A stretch of 64,000 bases of DNA from Thermoprotei archaeon (GTDB taxonomy: Archaea; Thermoproteota; Thermoprotei; Thermoproteales; B15-G16): NCBI GenBank assembly GCA_003649205.1, contig QMRC01000008.1:1-64000 (forward strand), given 5' to 3'. Of the stretch, positions 1 to 10,931 are shown piece after piece. The translations under genes were made by a program, and so were the position numbers. The notes beneath the pieces are model-generated. The model did no database searches, was not told where the DNA came from, and saw nothing but the letters and a program-made list of their open reading frames with translations. Within the stretch, counting starts at the first letter, position 1. Each line of letters opens with the position of its first letter.

Positions 1-3000
1 GCACTCATTGAGTTGTATGGATCCATCCACTTAACGTCTAGACCAGTTATCACGTAGGTGTAGGTGTTCGTAGCGTTATTGTACACCTCTCTCACATTAG
101 CTTTCTTCATTGCGTCAACTAGGTACTCTGGTGCAATGAATGGAAGCTCTCTAACTATTGACCTTATTCTAAATGGTAGGTCAACTAGCTCAATCATCTT
201 TATCTTGAACTCTATCGGTGTTGTGTAGTGGAATCTCAGGAATCCGCCCCAGTCCGTTATGATGAATGGGCACTTGATACAGACGTCTGCTTCTAGTGTA
301 CCCTTGACTAAGTACTTATTCGTTAGGTCTGGAGGTGTTATTACTAGTGAGTCAACACCTTCAACAAACCCTATCTCGTACACTACACCACTTGGAGTTA
401 TGCTTCCATTCACTCTATGACCCGAGACTGTGATGTAGGGTAGCGTAGATAGTATTGCCTTTGGATCCTTAATCTCTCCTCCAATGTCCTTGATCTTCTC
501 AGGGGGTAGCAATCCAGCGATTCTGAAGTACATTCCCCTTATGTGCATGTCAAACTCTGAAACTAGGTTGTACGTCCATCCGATCACTGCTGGTTCTCCA
601 GTAACTGCAAATATTAGATACGTCTCAACACCCTTAATCACTGCTTTAGTTACATCACCGTACTTCGCAATGTCCTCTATGATCATCGTCTTAACGTCTA
701 GGTGCGTGACAACTCCCTTCCTAATCGCATGTAGGTACTCCTGCAAGCTCCTACCTACCTTTATCGGTCTATGTATTATGACATTGGGGAACAGCCTCTC
801 TAGTACCTCGACTGCGTACTCACCTCCCTTCGTATCTGGAACTATTGGTACAGCCCACTTAACCTCTCTATCTCCTATCTGTATCCTCACTATGTTTGCT
901 CTGATAAAGCACGGGTAGATCTTAGCGTGAGTTCCGCCATACCACACATCTACTGCACAGACTGAGCAGTAGATTATTGCGAGCGGAATACCAACCATGG
1001 GCTTTGCTACTGCTAAAGCTAGGAGACCAGCTAAACCTCCAAATGTAGTTACCAACTCTGGACTAGCATATGCTTTAGGTTCCTTGACGAAGTGTATGTC
1101 GAAGGCTTGCTCAAGATATAGCTTCTCGTACTCCGTCAATGGTACGTCAATCGGTAATTCCCTTATCTTTACCTTAACACCTCCAAACTGCTCACCAGCG
1201 AGAAATGGAGGATGGAGCACAGTCTTGAAGCTAAGTCTAATTGTTGCATCGTCAACATAGTCAACACTGTAATCAACATCTACACCTCCAGTACGGATGT
1301 ACACCCAGTGCACAACCTTACCAACACTAACATCTCCCCTCTTGTAGAGAAGTCCTAACCTCAACTTGTACAGTGCAACATCCCTTACGTAATCAACCCT
1401 ACTAGTCGGAACATAGAGAGTATTGACAGTTAACTTAACCCTAAAGAAGTAGAACTCATATGTCTTACCTCTTGGCACCAACACATAAGGTAGCTCAAAT
1501 ACCTCACCCTTAGTAGTAACTATACCCCAAATCCTAATACGAGGCTCACCAGTCTCTGGATCAAAGGCAATAGATCTACATATTACTGGATTGTAATCAA
1601 CAACTACAGTATAGTTATTTTCATGATCAACTCTAAGTACAAGATATGCTACTCCATTTAGCCAACCTAGTATTTCCTTGATACCGAATGTACCAAAGTA
1701 AGCAATATTGTCATATGCTACAAAGAATATGGGATCTATCTCACTATATCTCGGAATTATAAATGTTGGTTTTCCTATAATTTCTGTTAAAGTTTTAGAA
1801 GGTATCAAAACAAGATGTCCACTTGGAATTGTAGCAACAAACTTTACTGTGCCGTTGAAGTATAGGTAACCTATGTAGTTTCTGTATTCACTTCCTGTCC
1901 ATACTCGTGCATATACTAACGCCTTATTCTCATCTAACAACCTAATGTCAGTTATTCCAGACACATCAGTCTTGTAAACCTTAGTAGGAAGACTACTTAA
2001 GTCCAGAATGTAGCAGTAGAAACCATAGACATCTGTATCTGGGTGATCCAAAGTTATAAATACCAAGTTCTTGTATGAAAATACCTTTGTTATAATTGGA
2101 GGAGCACCAGCAGTAGTAGTATAAAGAACACCTTCATCTACTAGCTCTGCTTGATAAATATTGTCAACTGTCTGATATAGATGTGCTACTATATAGACTA
2201 TTTCATTGGTATCGTAGTTAGTTGTCACTATGACTAAGTAGCTTTTCTCTGGTAGATATGCCAAATACCAACGAGATTCGTTTACATATTCAAGATACTG
2301 CGATTGTTGAAGTAAGGATGTTATGTTTACTAGAAGTAGATTGCTGGGTTTCTCAAAGAGAGTGCTAATATCTACTAATGTTGATGTGCTGTTTATTATT
2401 GTACTATTACAATACCAAACAGTTGTAAGAGTACCATTTGGATATAGAAATCTCTTGATTTCATAGTGTGTATTGTTGATATACCAATCTCGGACTAGTG
2501 AGTAGAATAGATAGTCGCTTGGTGCTTGCGAATTAATGTATATTGTTGTTGAATTCATGAGATTAAATAACTCTCTTGTAAAGGTCAATAACCAACTCTT
2601 TCTCGGAATATGCCATCGAGAATCAAATAACCCAAATATGTACGTATTGTAGTAGAATAGTGGTTTAGTATATACCCTTGCAACTAAAAACTTACCTTCA
2701 AGACCTATGAAATACATTAGCTTATCTACTCTTAGTGACATATCGGTTTCATTTAGCTTATAAATCACTAGAAAAACTGGTACTGGTGAATCTTCGTGAT
2801 CTGGAACAACTCTGTTAGGTAGTGGATAACCAATACCACCAACAGCTGGAGATTCAAGTAAGTTCACATACAAAATATAGTTATTTTTCTCTATGTCACT
2901 CGTCCACAGATAAATAGTATAACCTCTAGCTTGAACTCCTCCTTGGTTGGACAGCTCCCAACCTTCAAGAGGTGCATATCCTAGATTCTGTATTACGCTT

Positions 3001-3410
3001 ATGTTTGTGTACTCTATTATTCGAAATCTCTTAGCTGGCTCGGTACTTAGATATGAGGAAACTACATCATATACAGATATGCTGAATTCAGCATAGGTTG
3101 TTCTATTAAACATATAATAGCTGAATGAAAAGTCTTTATTGTCTAAGACTTTCCTTCCAGTGATGTTGACCCACTGTGCTACATCGCAAGGAAGACCAAC
3201 TAGTAGTATTTCACTTCGATTAACTTCACCTAACTTGATAAATTCTGAAGCACTAACACCAGTTCCTTCCGAACGTTCTACAGCTATCAAGGTTATGTAC
3301 CTACATTTTTCATCTGTTACAACTACCGAAGCTATGGTTGGATAAACAGATACCATTAGTATAGTTGTAATGAGTAGTGCTATACCTAGAGTTGTCTTTT
3401 CAAACTTCAT
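1..3410 (-). CDS. Giant secreted/surface glycoprotein, partial (runs off the window start); paralog of 19834..25749
   Basis: Missing from the ORF track. Manual translation from ATG 3410 gives MKFEKTTLGIALLITTILMVSVYP (signal peptide). Later blocks (IKDPKAILSTLPYI, TPSGVVYEI, LEADVCIKCP, KWMDPYN) match the 1971-aa protein (IKDPVKILNIIPRI, TSTGVVYDV, LEADTVIKVP, KWLDPVN). Frame checked at both ends, not codon by codon throughout. Confidence 0.85.
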   Translation of the reverse strand, partial: MKFEKTTLGIALLITTILMVSVYPTIASVVVTDEKCRYITLIAVERSEGTGVSASEFIKLGEVNRSEILLVGLPCDVAQWVNITGRKVLDNKDFSFSYYMFNRTTYAEFSISVYDVVSSYLSTEPAKRFRIIEYTNISVIQNLGYAPLEGWELSNQGGVQARGYTIYLWTSDIEKNNYILYVNLLESPAVGGIGYPLPNRVVPDHEDSPVPVFLVIYKLNETDMSLRVDKLMYFIGLEGKFLVARVYTKPLFYYNTYIFGLFDSRWHIPRKSWLLTFTRELFNLMNSTTIYINSQAPSDYLFYSLVRDWYINNTHYEIKRFLYPNGTLTTVWYCNSTIINSTSTLVDISTLFEKPSNLLLVNITSLLQQSQYLEYVNESRWYLAYLPEKSYLVIVTTNYDTNEIVYIVAHLYQTVDNIYQAELVDEGVLYTTTAGAPPIITKVFSYKNLVFITLDHPDTDVYGFYCYILDLSSLPTKVYKTDVSGITDIRLLDENKALVYARVWTGSEYRNYIGYLYFNGTVKFVATIPSGHLVLIPSKTLTEIIGKPTFIIPRYSEIDPIFFVAYDNIAYFGTFGIKEILGWLNGVAYLVLRVDHENNYTVVVDYNPVICRSIAFDPETGEPRIRIWGIVTTKGEVFELPYVLVPRGKTYEFYFFRVKLTVNTLYVPTSRVDYVRDVALYKLRLGLLYKRGDVSVGKVVHWVYIRTGGVDVDYSVDYVDDATIRLSFKTVLHPPFLAGEQFGGVKVKIRELPIDVPLTEYEKLYLEQAFDIHFVKEPKAYASPELVTTFGGLAGLLALAVAKPMVGIPLAIIYCSVCAVDVWYGGTHAKIYPCFIRANIVRIQIGDREVKWAVPIVPDTKGGEYAVEVLERLFPNVIIHRPIKVGRSLQEYLHAIRKGVVTHLDVKTMIIEDIAKYGDVTKAVIKGVETYLIFAVTGEPAVIGWTYNLVSEFDMHIRGMYFRIAGLLPPEKIKDIGGEIKDPKAILSTLPYITVSGHRVNGSITPSGVVYEIGFVEGVDSLVITPPDLTNKYLVKGTLEADVCIKCPFIITDWGGFLRFHYTTPIEFKIKMIELVDLPFRIRSIVRELPFIAPEYLVDAMKKANVREVYNNATNTYTYVITGLDVKWMDPYNSMS

Positions 3411-3587
3411 CAAGATAGAGACTAGTGAAGTAAATTTAATAGTTTCTCTAGCTCTATGAATATCATCATCTCAAAACGATTGTTTTACTATTAGCTGATA
3501 CCACTCTTAGTAGAATCGTGAACACGAAGCAACAATGTACTTCTATTGGCAAACCCTTAAATTATCCTACTGAGCTTTACATTAGGG

Positions 3588-4292
3588 TTGGGCATGAACT
3601 CTAGAAAGATAGTAACTATAGCTCTAGCTATTCTATGCTTCATAGCTGGAATCATCTTAGGAGCAGTGATTAATACAGGAGTCAATAACGTAGCCGAAGA
3701 GAATGGAAACAGTAACTCAGTAGTAATAGGTACATTTCTTGAAGTGAGAGTGTACGATCGAGATGGTCACTTAATCAATACCTTTGTTAAAACCAATGAT
3801 TTACCATTAAAAAACTTTCTATTATTCATAATGCATTCAATGTGGTTTTATGATACATCAATACAGATTGTTAATGGGACTTGGACTACTGAAGATGGTT
3901 CTAGTGGGATGCCTTGTGATGGAAATCCACATGGTGCATACTATACTACTGTTGCGGGAATAGAATATATTTCTGTTAGAATTGAGCTTGGGAATGGAAC
4001 TACACCGCCAACAATAAATGATTACAAACTTGAGAATAAATTAGTTGATGTTCCAGTAACCTACTATTGTTTTGATGCTAACGCAACGCATATGTGGTTA
4101 ATACTTCGTGGTGTATATACTGCTACGGAGGAAATAAACATTACAGAGGTAGGTCTAGCAGTATATAGCAATTATGCCATAGGTACCGCTAGAAAGTGGA
4201 TACTATTATTTAGAGATGTAGTTCCGACAATTACTCTTCAACCAGATCAAACACTTGAGATAAGATACTACATATATGTTAGATATGCTTGA
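3588..4292 (+). CDS. N-terminally anchored protein with a phage tail/baseplate-like beta domain; paralog of 15303..16106
   Basis: N-terminal TM helix; motifs LGNGTTPPTINDYKLEN, INITEVGL and C-terminal LLFRDV..I.L......I.Y.I resemble tail-fibre N-terminal domains. Confidence 0.7.
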   Translation: MGMNSRKIVTIALAILCFIAGIILGAVINTGVNNVAEENGNSNSVVIGTFLEVRVYDRDGHLINTFVKTNDLPLKNFLLFIMHSMWFYDTSIQIVNGTWTTEDGSSGMPCDGNPHGAYYTTVAGIEYISVRIELGNGTTPPTINDYKLENKLVDVPVTYYCFDANATHMWLILRGVYTATEEINITEVGLAVYSNYAIGTARKWILLFRDVVPTITLQPDQTLEIRYYIYVRYA

Positions 4293-4302
4293 GGTAGTGT
4301 AG

Positions 4303-6990
4303 ATGAGGCTCAATAAGATTCGTTTTTTCCTACTGCTTTTTCTCGCCTTTATATCTGGATTACTAACATCACTCTGTACAGATATTTCACCTCCATCCTT
4401 TCGAGTTACTCAAGTCAATGCAACTCATTGGTTAGCTGAGGGATTTTACGAAATTGGAAGTGAGGTATATCTCAATGAAACTACTACTCTATCATCTAGC
4501 TATCTCACTACTTACAAAGTAAAGTATGAGACACCTATAAACACTGTTGATACATCGGTACTAAGATGTAAAATAGAGTATGGAGTGCCTACAAGTAGTG
4601 TTGGTACGGTATTGTTAGGTTATAGGCTTGAATTTGTCATCAATTATGGAGGTAACTTCACAGTACTTAACCTCTCTGTATTGGATCCAATTAAGAAGCC
4701 TAATTGGTGTGGTGCAGAGAGGATACACAAGATTAATGTAACTATTTGGGATCCATACGGGTACAACTATGTTTCTTTGGTGCTTCTGGAATTGGCTGAT
4801 GTGAGACTTATGTGGAACAAAACTGGCTTCTATGAGGTTGATGATCCATATGATAGAGTTGATCTTCTTGGAGGTAATGTAACTGGTTCAGGTGCTGTAT
4901 TGACTTTAACATTTTGGATTAAACCACATTGGAGCATTGGAGGACTAGTTGATGTATATGTGTACGCTAATGATACCTCAAATAATTTAGTATGTGAAAC
5001 TGTCTTTAGTGATGCACTGTACTTTGTAAACTGTACTAAGATAGTTAATTTGCAGTTGAAGAAGCAGTACTATGAACCTAATGAGACTGCTTGGATTTCT
5101 GGGTATGTAGTCTACAATGGTACTACAGTGGGTACTTACGACTACTTGACAATAAATGGAACTGCTGTATCTGTTTCTGAGAATGGATTCTTTAACTATA
5201 CCTTCACAGTACCATCACTAGCAGGTAACTACACATATGTTCTTGAGCTTGCTCACGGAGTTGAGAAGTACTTAATCAACATAACTGTTGCCAAGAATAG
5301 GATTGAGGTTAGGGTGCTTACGGAGTACAATGAAACGGTACCTCTCGAAGATGTAGTGGTTGAGATTAGAGATCTTGAAACGGGTGAATTAGTTAAGAGA
5401 GTGCATGGAGGTGCAGAGATAATAACTGAGATCGAGGCTGGGAGCTACACGATTACAGTCTATGTGCATGGAATTAAGTTGTTTAAAGGTAATGTCTCAG
5501 TAACAGGTGCAATTGTTGAAGTAGATGTACCTAAGTTGAAGAGAGTTATTGACTATCTCGGAAGGTTGAGACCATTCATTACAAATGCTACAGTCAAGCT
5601 GGCTCTATACGACAATGAAACGAGAAGAGCAGTATTCCTATTGAGTGGTAGTGGAGTAGTGAGGTTTGTGTACTACTGCAATGTAACGCAGTTACCGTGT
5701 ATACTATGTAATGTGACGTATCACATAGTTGAGCTAAGTAAGAAGAGGGTCATAGTAGATCTGGAGATTGGTAGCACTGCTAATGTCACAGTTATCGATC
5801 CAAGGTACTTGAAGGTAACTGTAATCAATCCATTTGGAAGAGTTTACCCACTTAACATAAAGTTGCTAAACATTACTCAGTACATAGAGATTGAGAACGC
5901 AACGACATACCTACTACCTGCAATGAATATGACAGAGCTGATTGTAGACTACAGAGGTATTGCTAAGAAGCTAGCGTTCTCACTTCTCACTGACAAGAAC
6001 GTAACCGTGATGTACCCGATAGCAGAAGTTATATGCTACAAGAACGTTACTAGGTATCTCTGGAGCAATGCAACATCTATGAAAGTACACGACATCAGCT
6101 ACAGTAAGTTCAATTGGTCTAGAGTAGAGATCCTACTGTCTGGTGAGGGTTGGGTTGCCTTAGCAGTGGATTTAGGACTTCTACCTACGAAGATAGCTGT
6201 AGAAAGCAATGTAACGTGTAATTATAGATTGAATGGTACTGTACTCTACGTATACTGTAAAACCAGCTCAACAGCTAGAATCGTTGTGGAGGATGAGTAC
6301 AAGTTAACTATCGAATTACTTGATAGACTTGGGAACTACCTACCTGTTGAAGTAACTGTGGTGATTAACGGTAGTGAGGTAAGTGGAAGGCAGATTATTG
6401 AGAGCTTTCTACCTCCAGCAATGTACGTAGTTGAGGTTCCAGTTAATGTATCTGGGTTCAACTTATACGGAATAAGTGAGGTCTGTATTGAACTAAGTGA
6501 GGACAAGGTCTTGAGGTTTGAGTATAGGGTACCGTCTAAGTTCAGAGACGTGAAGGTAGTTACAATTCGTGAAACTAACAATACAGTGATTCTGTACTTT
6601 GAGGGTTACCTCATTGACTACTATGGAAACCCAATTGTTAATAGATTGATCAATGTGTTGGTGTACGATGGAGGTAAATTGCTTACAAACTTAACAGGAT
6701 TAACAGATTCAACTGGTTACTTCACTACTGAGACTACAGAACTTGTGAAGGGTAGGAAGTACACACTTGTATTCGAGTACTCTGGAGACGACACATATGT
6801 AGAGAGTAAGTACACAACCACATGTGAGGTACCTAAGAAAGTTTCAGCACCTATACCAGCACCAACAGTTACACCGCTTGAGTACATTATCCTAGTACTC
6901 ATAGGTATAGCACTTGCACTAGCTATAGCAACTGCAGTAATAAAGCTAAGAAGGAAGGTCATTGCTATTAGGAGCTTGAGATACATCTAG
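4303..6990 (+). CDS. Type I membrane glycoprotein with Ig-like domains; paralog of 12666..15293
   Basis: Signal peptide, many NxS/T sequons, C-terminal Pro linker + TM + basic tail ending RYI. Confidence 0.85.
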   Translation: MRLNKIRFFLLLFLAFISGLLTSLCTDISPPSFRVTQVNATHWLAEGFYEIGSEVYLNETTTLSSSYLTTYKVKYETPINTVDTSVLRCKIEYGVPTSSVGTVLLGYRLEFVINYGGNFTVLNLSVLDPIKKPNWCGAERIHKINVTIWDPYGYNYVSLVLLELADVRLMWNKTGFYEVDDPYDRVDLLGGNVTGSGAVLTLTFWIKPHWSIGGLVDVYVYANDTSNNLVCETVFSDALYFVNCTKIVNLQLKKQYYEPNETAWISGYVVYNGTTVGTYDYLTINGTAVSVSENGFFNYTFTVPSLAGNYTYVLELAHGVEKYLINITVAKNRIEVRVLTEYNETVPLEDVVVEIRDLETGELVKRVHGGAEIITEIEAGSYTITVYVHGIKLFKGNVSVTGAIVEVDVPKLKRVIDYLGRLRPFITNATVKLALYDNETRRAVFLLSGSGVVRFVYYCNVTQLPCILCNVTYHIVELSKKRVIVDLEIGSTANVTVIDPRYLKVTVINPFGRVYPLNIKLLNITQYIEIENATTYLLPAMNMTELIVDYRGIAKKLAFSLLTDKNVTVMYPIAEVICYKNVTRYLWSNATSMKVHDISYSKFNWSRVEILLSGEGWVALAVDLGLLPTKIAVESNVTCNYRLNGTVLYVYCKTSSTARIVVEDEYKLTIELLDRLGNYLPVEVTVVINGSEVSGRQIIESFLPPAMYVVEVPVNVSGFNLYGISEVCIELSEDKVLRFEYRVPSKFRDVKVVTIRETNNTVILYFEGYLIDYYGNPIVNRLINVLVYDGGKLLTNLTGLTDSTGYFTTETTELVKGRKYTLVFEYSGDDTYVESKYTTTCEVPKKVSAPIPAPTVTPLEYIILVLIGIALALAIATAVIKLRRKVIAIRSLRYI

Positions 6991-7004
6991 GTTTTCTGAC
7001 TACT

Positions 7005-7286
7005 TCACAGGTACTTTATCTTTCTCTTGTTTGATGCTGTTTCTTTTATGGATCTGAAGATTATTGTCATTCCGATAGTTGCACCAGTGCTCATTACTAG
7101 TGCTCTAATTATGTCGAAACCTAGGACTAACCACGTAACTAGTATCATTGCACCGAATATGATCAACATGCCGATCACTGAGTTAGCTAGTACGTCTAGG
7201 AACTCACTTATGAAGGCAAGTACTACACCAGCAACAAGACCAATACCAAATAGCAGAGCCATATCGACAATAGTCATACACAACAC
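7005..7286 (-). CDS. Small 3-TM membrane protein; paralog of 7342..7623
   Basis: Hydrophobic, LFGIGL..G...FLDVL...VIG motif, ends KYL. Confidence 0.75.
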   Translation of the reverse strand: MLCMTIVDMALLFGIGLVAGVVLAFISEFLDVLANSVIGMLIIFGAMILVTWLVLGFDIIRALVMSTGATIGMTIIFRSIKETASNKRKIKYL

Positions 7287-7341
7287 CTATCAAACCTAAC
7301 ACTAGTACACACTTAAATAAGGTAGTTCATCTAGATTTCAC

Positions 7342-7623
7342 GTGAGTGATACCATGCTTGAGGTACTTATGTTATTTGGTTTCGGTATACTGCTCGGTAT
7401 CTTCATGGGGCTACTAGCTAAGTTCATAGATGTACTCACGAAGACCGTAATTGGTTTGATTGCACTATTCACGATCTTCTTCATCATCAATTTAGCGTTT
7501 CTGAAGTTCAATGTAGTTCTTGCACTGTGTACGTCACTAGGTGAAGTTCTCGGTATATCAGCAGTAACACGCTATGGATTCAAATCGAAGACAGTAGTTG
7601 AGAGAAAGAGAGCATACTTGTAG
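7342..7623 (+). CDS. Small 3-TM membrane protein; paralog of 7005..7286
   Basis: LFGFGI..G...FIDVL...VIG motif, ends RAYL. Confidence 0.75.
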   Translation: MSDTMLEVLMLFGFGILLGIFMGLLAKFIDVLTKTVIGLIALFTIFFIINLAFLKFNVVLALCTSLGEVLGISAVTRYGFKSKTVVERKRAYL

Positions 7624-7677
7624 TTTAGGTCTTTTCATTAGAAAAATACAAATTACCTCCATAGTTAATCCTTCCTG

Positions 7678-8856
7678 ATGTCTACAGAATATGAAGGATG
7701 CTACCTTGAATGCTTTACTAATATATTCAATATTCTTAAATTATTTGTGAATAGTGATGCCATACTAGATTACGCAATTAAAAATAATGCATGTGAATGT
7801 ACTTGTATAGATGCTGTTATTAAATTCCTCTCATCTTTGATCTTATGTGCTTATGCATCTCCATGTCATACCTATAATTCTGAAGGACTACTCAGCGATG
7901 TCACAACAGCTATGACTACATTACTACACAACACCTTACAGATGCTAGTAGATGTGAAGATACCTGAACCCAAAACTCATAGAGAGGCTGTATTTTTCTT
8001 CGGTACTTTACAAAGTTTAAAAACACCAATACGGTACTACCTACCAAAGTTACTTCGTGAACATTCTACTATAGAGCAGATGTATTATGTCGTGGTTGAG
8101 AAACAAGATGAGAGGTACTGTATAGAGTCACCTGCTGAAGAAGATGGAAATGAGGAGATCCTTAAGGGTTTCATATATAGTTTTGTGGAACTTGCTTGCT
8201 TGACTAAATATCCAGTAGCGTATAGATGTGTAGATTGTTCCCATATCTTTCACTATAGTACGCTCGCTATACCACTTCTAACAGGTTCAGTAGTATACCG
8301 CACAGCATCCTTACGCTGGGAATGTAGTATCTGCCCTAATGTACTTGCTGAGGTCAAAGCAATACTTCCTTCACTCTGCCCCATTTGGGGGCTTATAGTC
8401 GCTAAATTAAGCTGTATACTATGTGAGTTTTGTTCTAAAGAACATGGTTTCGGAGGACATATACCGAGTTCATGTGTTCTCTGTCCTTGTATGCATGTTC
8501 GTGCTACACTACGTACACGAGATACATTTTACTACATGTACATACTGAGCATATTTGGTCGAGAGTACTCGTGCTCGACACCATATTACGAAGTCAAAGA
8601 TTTACTTGGTGAAATAGTTATGTGTAGAGAATGTTTTCAAAGAGCAATACTACCAGTAGATTTTTGGGTGAACTTAGTAGCTAAGATTGAGGAGTACGGT
8701 GTAGATCACGCTCTACAGTATCTAAGAGAAGTATTATCTGAGTACTTATGTGAGGAACATATGCAGTATATGGATAAGATATGTGAGGCAATACGTAAAG
8801 TCTGGTTAAATGGAGATACCTCATCTCTAATATCATCACTAAAGTACATAAGGTAA
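7678..8856 (+). CDS. Cysteine-rich hypothetical protein (multiple CxxC)
   Basis: 392-aa ORF with CVDC, CSIC, CILCEFC, CVLCPC, CREC. Confidence 0.7.
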   Translation: MSTEYEGCYLECFTNIFNILKLFVNSDAILDYAIKNNACECTCIDAVIKFLSSLILCAYASPCHTYNSEGLLSDVTTAMTTLLHNTLQMLVDVKIPEPKTHREAVFFFGTLQSLKTPIRYYLPKLLREHSTIEQMYYVVVEKQDERYCIESPAEEDGNEEILKGFIYSFVELACLTKYPVAYRCVDCSHIFHYSTLAIPLLTGSVVYRTASLRWECSICPNVLAEVKAILPSLCPIWGLIVAKLSCILCEFCSKEHGFGGHIPSSCVLCPCMHVRATLRTRDTFYYMYILSIFGREYSCSTPYYEVKDLLGEIVMCRECFQRAILPVDFWVNLVAKIEEYGVDHALQYLREVLSEYLCEEHMQYMDKICEAIRKVWLNGDTSSLISSLKYIR

Positions 8857-8859
8857 TAG

Positions 8860-9393
8860 CTAGAGGTACCTCCTCTCAAGCTCATCTGCTAACCTCCTCA
8901 ATCTACTGACTAATTCTCTAATTCTCTTTCTCTCTCCTAAGAAGAGTGGTTTCCAGACATCTCTCCTAGCTTTAGCATCCCATCTAAGCGATTTCCAGTT
9001 ACCGTATGGATTAACTACTTTCTCCTCAAGACCTTCAACAAATTCTTCCTTTCCATGTATGTAGTCTAGTGGTGCTACTGGTGATCTACGTACTCTAGAT
9101 GGTGTAGTTACCTTGACCTCACCTGTTCTAGTATTTACAGTAATGTAGTACTCAAGTCTAGGTCTATCATCAGTCCAGAAATCTCTATACCAACTAAACG
9201 TAACCTTACCGTCCTTACAGACCTTAATCACATTGTAGGGAATCCTACTACAGGCTACGTCCTCACCTAGGATACTACACATCTTCTCTCCAAGAATCTT
9301 CTTAGCCTTCTCAAGAAGCTCCCTAGCCCACTCAGGAAGCTCATGCTCACAACCATAGTAGACATATACACACATAGGCATTTCCTTCGGCAT
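8860..9393 (-). CDS. Hypothetical soluble protein ending RYL
   Basis: 177-aa ORF, typical codon usage, GGTG RBS. Confidence 0.7.
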   Translation of the reverse strand: MPKEMPMCVYVYYGCEHELPEWARELLEKAKKILGEKMCSILGEDVACSRIPYNVIKVCKDGKVTFSWYRDFWTDDRPRLEYYITVNTRTGEVKVTTPSRVRRSPVAPLDYIHGKEEFVEGLEEKVVNPYGNWKSLRWDAKARRDVWKPLFLGERKRIRELVSRLRRLADELERRYL

Positions 9394-9452
9394 ACAGACA
9401 CCACTATGTAAACCACTTATAAGTTAGTTTCTGCACTATTGTAAGTGGGTGA

Positions 9453-10109
9453 GTGTATAAGGCTGAAAAGTATGAGAGTGTATGTCATAGTATTGGAGGT
9501 AAGTTAACACCAAGTGGATACTGTATTCTAGAGGTTTCATCACATGAAGAAGCTTTAGAGAAGATGAAGAGAGCATTGAGGGAGCTGGGGTATGGTGAGG
9601 AATTTGGTGCAAGGTTCTTCATTCACGATGAGGCATTCTTTGACTTCATTGCAAAGAGATTTAGAGATGGTACATATGAAGTACGTGTAGAGAACTATAA
9701 CCACATAGAGGGATCTGAGGTATTCTCACCAGATTACTTAACGGGTCTCTACGAGTATTCACTACTTGAGAAAGCTCTAGGCTCTGAAAAGGCTAGTGAT
9801 ATTGCTGGTGAAGTAGCTGAGAAGCTAGATCTAGATGATGTAGAGGATTACCTAGATGATGCACTGTATAAGTACTCTGAAACATATCCAACTCTTAGGA
9901 CTTGTGAGGGACATGTAGAGACTGGTACTGAATCAGTCTACGTAGAACTCAACTGTATAAAGAATGTTGGTACATTGAGTGAAGCTGAGAAGTACTTAGA
10001 AGATCTACTGGAAGAACTTCCCGATGCAATAGTTGATGTAGGAGACTATGTAAAGGGGAAGATTCTGGACACAATGAGAGATGAGTTAGCTAAGGTATTT
10101 AAGAAGTAG
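9453..10109 (+). CDS. Acidic hypothetical protein with N-terminal CxxIGG motif
   Basis: YESVCHSIGG...C; ends VFKK. Confidence 0.75.
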   Translation: MYKAEKYESVCHSIGGKLTPSGYCILEVSSHEEALEKMKRALRELGYGEEFGARFFIHDEAFFDFIAKRFRDGTYEVRVENYNHIEGSEVFSPDYLTGLYEYSLLEKALGSEKASDIAGEVAEKLDLDDVEDYLDDALYKYSETYPTLRTCEGHVETGTESVYVELNCIKNVGTLSEAEKYLEDLLEELPDAIVDVGDYVKGKILDTMRDELAKVFKK

Positions 10110-10148
10110 ATCAATGATTAGTGTCCTAACGTAGCTAGTTTCTCATCT

Positions 10149-10538
10149 CTATTTTTTGAATACCTCTACTGTAAGCTTTTCACCTTCTCTCTTAATTCTG
10201 ATAGCTGTAGCAGTTTCTACATACGCATAGAAACTTGAAGTTTTGTATTCTTCCTCTGTACCGTAAGAAACATGTCCTTCCCCCTCTTTGAAGAAGCGTA
10301 CAAATACTTCAATTATATCATCTGTAAAGAACTCAAAGTCCCCCTCCTGTTGCATTGTACTAATTCTTACCTTCTTCAAGTGTCTTCTCACATCAGGAAC
10401 GTAAACCTCCAATTCCGATATAGATATATCAACAATGACTGTCCTATCATGTAGATAACAAGTTACAGAGTTATCTGTTCTCTCTGGTATACCTCCAATC
10501 CTTTTACAATATCTCTCAAAAGAGTCGAGAGTACTCAT
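10149..10538 (-). CDS. Hypothetical protein with N-terminal CxxIGG motif
   Basis: FERYCKRIGG...C; GAGGTGA RBS; ends VFKK. Confidence 0.75.
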   Translation of the reverse strand: MSTLDSFERYCKRIGGIPERTDNSVTCYLHDRTVIVDISISELEVYVPDVRRHLKKVRISTMQQEGDFEFFTDDIIEVFVRFFKEGEGHVSYGTEEEYKTSSFYAYVETATAIRIKREGEKLTVEVFKK

Positions 10539-10571
10539 CTACTCACCTCATTAGAAGAAATCCACTGCTGA

Positions 10572-10931
10572 TTAGTATCCTAACATTGCTAGTTTTTCTT
10601 TTAGTTTCTCGATTTCTTCCTTTGATAGTTCTGCAGTTTTACCCTCGACTTCAACTAGGAGTGGTAGTTCTTCTTGTGGTTCCTCGATTTTCTTTCCCAT
10701 GTAGACTCTCTTCGTGCACATACCCTCATCTATGTCACATACCTCCATGACTATGTAAAATGGTTTTGAGCTGAAGCACATCAAGACATCTACGGAGTAA
10801 CTTCCCTTCTCGAAGCTACCTAGTACACGACATGTAACATCTTCAGGAATCTCAACAATCTTCGTCTCTAACTCATTTAATCTCCTCCTAAGTGAAATAA
10901 CTTCAGCATATATCTCACCCATGTTCCTCAC
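10572..10931 (-). CDS. Hypothetical protein
   Basis: 119-aa ORF abutting the methyltransferase gene. Confidence 0.65.
   Translation of the reverse strand: MRNMGEIYAEVISLRRRLNELETKIVEIPEDVTCRVLGSFEKGSYSVDVLMCFSSKPFYIVMEVCDIDEGMCTKRVYMGKKIEEPQEELPLLVEVEGKTAELSKEEIEKLKEKLAMLGY

Noticed and set aside
484-3345. Plus-strand ORFs 484, 997 and 3139 and the many similar Ser/Thr/Leu-rich ORFs across the window
   Set aside because: Antisense shadows of longer, motif-bearing genes on the opposite strand
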